A stretch of DNA of 64,000 nt from Escherichia coli (lineage in GTDB: Bacteria; Pseudomonadota; Gammaproteobacteria; Enterobacterales; Enterobacteriaceae). Position numbers and translations under genes: made by a program. The DNA is taken from assembly GCF_024223415.1 (NCBI RefSeq), contig NZ_CP100500.1, one strand, 5' to 3'. The notes under the pieces were generated by a model. It ran no database searches. It saw only the letters and a program-made list of their open reading frames with translations, and was not told the origin of the DNA. Below are positions 61,925-64,000 of this stretch, piece after piece; the first letter of the stretch is position 1; each line of letters opens with the position of its first letter.

Positions 61925-62379
61925 TGGAGTTAATGGTCGTTCATCCACATATTTTCTGGCTCAGTCTCGGCGGTTTGCTGCTGGCAGCCGAGATGCTGGG
62001 CGGAAATGGTTATTTGTTGTGGAGCGGCGTGGCAGCGGTGATTACCGGCCTGGTGGTCTGGCTGGTGCCGCTGGGTTGGGAGTGGCAAGGGGTGATGTTT
62101 GCCATCCTGACGCTGCTCGCCGCCTGGCTGTGGTGGAAATGGTTGTCGCGGCGGGTGCGCGAACAAAAGCACAGCGACAGTCATTTAAACCAGCGCGGGC
62201 AGCAGCTGATTGGCCGACGTTTTGTGCTGGAATCTCCGCTGGTCAACGGGCGCGGTCATATGCGCGTCGGTGACAGTTCATGGCCTGTCAGCGCCAGCGA
62301 GGATCTCGGCGCAGGTACGCATGTTGAAGTCATTGCGATAGAAGGGATAACGCTGATCATCCGTGCGGTCATCGCCTGA
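61921..62379 (+). CDS. ybbJ: NfeD-family membrane protein
   Basis: 152 aa. Its ATGA start overlaps the qmcA stop. Confidence 0.9.
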   Translation: MMELMVVHPHIFWLSLGGLLLAAEMLGGNGYLLWSGVAAVITGLVVWLVPLGWEWQGVMFAILTLLAAWLWWKWLSRRVREQKHSDSHLNQRGQQLIGRRFVLESPLVNGRGHMRVGDSSWPVSASEDLGAGTHVEVIAIEGITLIIRAVIA

Positions 62380-62460
62380 TGCGACGCTGACGCGTCTTAT
62401 CATGCCTACAAAATATGCCCGAATCGTAGGCCAGATAAGGCGCTTGCGCCGCATCCGGCA
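62374..62460. repeat. REP/BIME element
   Basis: GCCTGATGCGACGCTGACGCGTCTTATCATGCCTAC and GTAGGCCAGATAAGGCGCTTGCGCCGCATCCGGCA. Confidence 0.9.
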
Positions 62461-62481
62461 TATAGCCGAGTAGAGGCAAAA

Positions 62482-62844
62482 TTACTCTTCCCTGCCTTTA
62501 CCCATACTTTTTTGGTCTTCATCCGGATAGTGTTTTTTTAGATATTCCAGGACGTTTTTATTGACCTTGTGTTGGGTATACACCCACCCTTTCCAGTAAT
62601 CAGGCTGGTCCAGGTAAACTTCTGGCGGAATGGTGAAATCAGAAAGCGTTAACCATTCGGCTAACAGATCGGGGTTTCGTTTCTGTATCAACTGCAACAG
62701 CATAATCAGCGACATGGCAGAGGCAGGAGCCGTACTATCGCCGCTTAAATACTTCCACACTGTCGACCGGTTCGAACGAAAAAGGATCGGTAGCAATGCC
62801 CGGTCCAGATTCATTTCATTAAAAATCTTCTCAAATTCATTCAT
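62482..62844 (-). CDS. hypothetical 120-aa protein with possible N-terminal HTH
   Basis: RSTVWKYLSGDSTAPASAMSLIMLLQ resembles an XRE-type HTH. AT-rich. Divergent from the repeat-protein gene. Confidence 0.45.
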   Translation of the reverse strand: MNEFEKIFNEMNLDRALLPILFRSNRSTVWKYLSGDSTAPASAMSLIMLLQLIQKRNPDLLAEWLTLSDFTIPPEVYLDQPDYWKGWVYTQHKVNKNVLEYLKKHYPDEDQKSMGKGREE

Positions 62845-63210
62845 TTAAATTTTCCTGCCTGGCGTAAACCTCTTAAAAATTGAGATTTATCAAAGAAACG
62901 CATTTTAGCACACATCAGGAACCGCTTCACGTTTAGTCCAGAAACAGAATTTATTTCGCTTATCAAAACAAGTCTTTACTCTTTTTTACATTGAAAGAGC
63001 ACGAAATGTTTTCCTTTTTTATTTATAAAAGAAACAATTTTTGTTTCTTATTGGTGGTGTTTACGCTTACACCAAACAAAAATGCGCTTTACATCACATA
63101 AATGGCGGCGTAGATTTCGATCAAATTGCAACGCAGTTTATTTCTTAAAACAATATTATTTGTTTCTTATAGAAACATTAATACGACTTATTTTGAACAA
63201 GAGAAAATGA

Positions 63211-64000
63211 ATGAAAACTGTAAACGTAGCTTTACTGGCACTCATAATTTCAGCAACATCCAGCCCTGTTGTTTTAGCTGGTGATACCATTGAAGCAGCG
63301 GCAACAGAGCTTTCAGCCATTAACTCTGGCATGTCGCAATCGGAGATTGAGCAGAAGATTACCCGCTTTTTAGAACGCACAGACAACAGCCCCGCTGCGT
63401 ATACCTATTTGACTGAACATCACTACATCCCTTCTGAAACACCTGATACCACTCAGACTCCCACTGTCCAGACAGATCCTGACGCAGGACAAAAAACCGT
63501 TGCCGCTACAGGTGATGTACAGACAACTGCCCGTTATCAGAGCATGATCAACGCCCGACAGTCTGCGGTAACTGACGCCCAGCAAACGCAAATTACAGAG
63601 CAACAGGCGCAGATCGTAGCCACACAAAAAACGCTCGCCGCGACTGGAGATACGCAAAATACCGCGCATTATCAGGAGATGATTAATGCCAGACTGGCGG
63701 CTCAAAATGAGGCTAATCAGCGCACCGCCACTGAACAAGGGCAGAAAATGAATGCGCTGACAACCGATGTGGCAGCACAACAGCAAAATGAAAGGACTCA
63801 ATACGATAAACAAATGCAAAGTCTGGCGCAGGAGTCTGCCCAGGCACATGAACAAATTGACAGCCTGTCACAAGACGTAACCCAAACGCACCAACAGTTA
63901 ACCAACACCCAAAAACGGGTTGCAGATAACAGCCAGCAAATTAACACGCTCAATAACCATTTCAGTTCGCTAAAAAACGAAGTTGATGACAATCGTAAAG
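63211..64000 (+). CDS. secreted Q/T-rich coiled-coil repeat protein, 5' part only; possibly the stalk of a trimeric-autotransporter-type adhesin
   Basis: Not in the ORF track because no stop falls inside the window. ATG 63211, signal peptide MKTVNVALLALIISATSSPVVLA/GD, 263 codons open to the window end. Ends NHFSSLKNEVDDNRK, which is typical just before YadA-like anchors (from memory). Confidence 0.5.
   Translation, partial: MKTVNVALLALIISATSSPVVLAGDTIEAAATELSAINSGMSQSEIEQKITRFLERTDNSPAAYTYLTEHHYIPSETPDTTQTPTVQTDPDAGQKTVAATGDVQTTARYQSMINARQSAVTDAQQTQITEQQAQIVATQKTLAATGDTQNTAHYQEMINARLAAQNEANQRTATEQGQKMNALTTDVAAQQQNERTQYDKQMQSLAQESAQAHEQIDSLSQDVTQTHQQLTNTQKRVADNSQQINTLNNHFSSLKNEVDDNRK

Overview
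Escherichia coli chromosomal segment, colinear in inverted orientation with the K-12 region argU-sfm-folD-cysS-purEK-allantoin regulon-rhsD-ybbPA-tesA-fetAB-qmcA-ybbJ. All comparisons to K-12 and lambda are from memory. About 50 core genes are recognisable from their protein sequences. No rRNA genes or CRISPR arrays were seen.

Four stretches are accessory or atypical:
1. A DLP12-type prophage end lies at tRNA-Arg(UCU). Its integrase is split by a single in-frame TAG.
2. An 11,646-bp P4/PICI-like phage satellite (22250-33895) is integrated into the first codons of allE. It carries int, alpA, an RHH switch with three operator repeats, and a candidate antisense sRNA. It also carries a P4-alpha-type primase-helicase with an adjacent iteron array, an SSB and a PerC-like regulator. 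Its head module is lambda-like: a gpE-like capsid, a gpD-like decoration protein and a Nu1-like wHTH protein, but no large terminase, portal or protease. Two inverted copies of a lambda-type cosQ-cosN sequence bracket the Nu1-like gene, and a LexA-like box overlaps the capsid-operon promoter. This is the most interesting system in the window.
3. An RhsD-type element has its main gene frameshifted by a 38-bp tandem duplication. It has an AT-rich C-terminal toxin tip of unassigned family, a small membrane immunity candidate, and rhs/IS debris downstream.
4. An AT-rich islet after ybbJ encodes an HTH-like protein and a secreted Q/T-rich repeat protein that runs off the window.

The allantoin regulon carries two lesions: allE has lost its start codon to the satellite, and allP has an in-frame amber codon.
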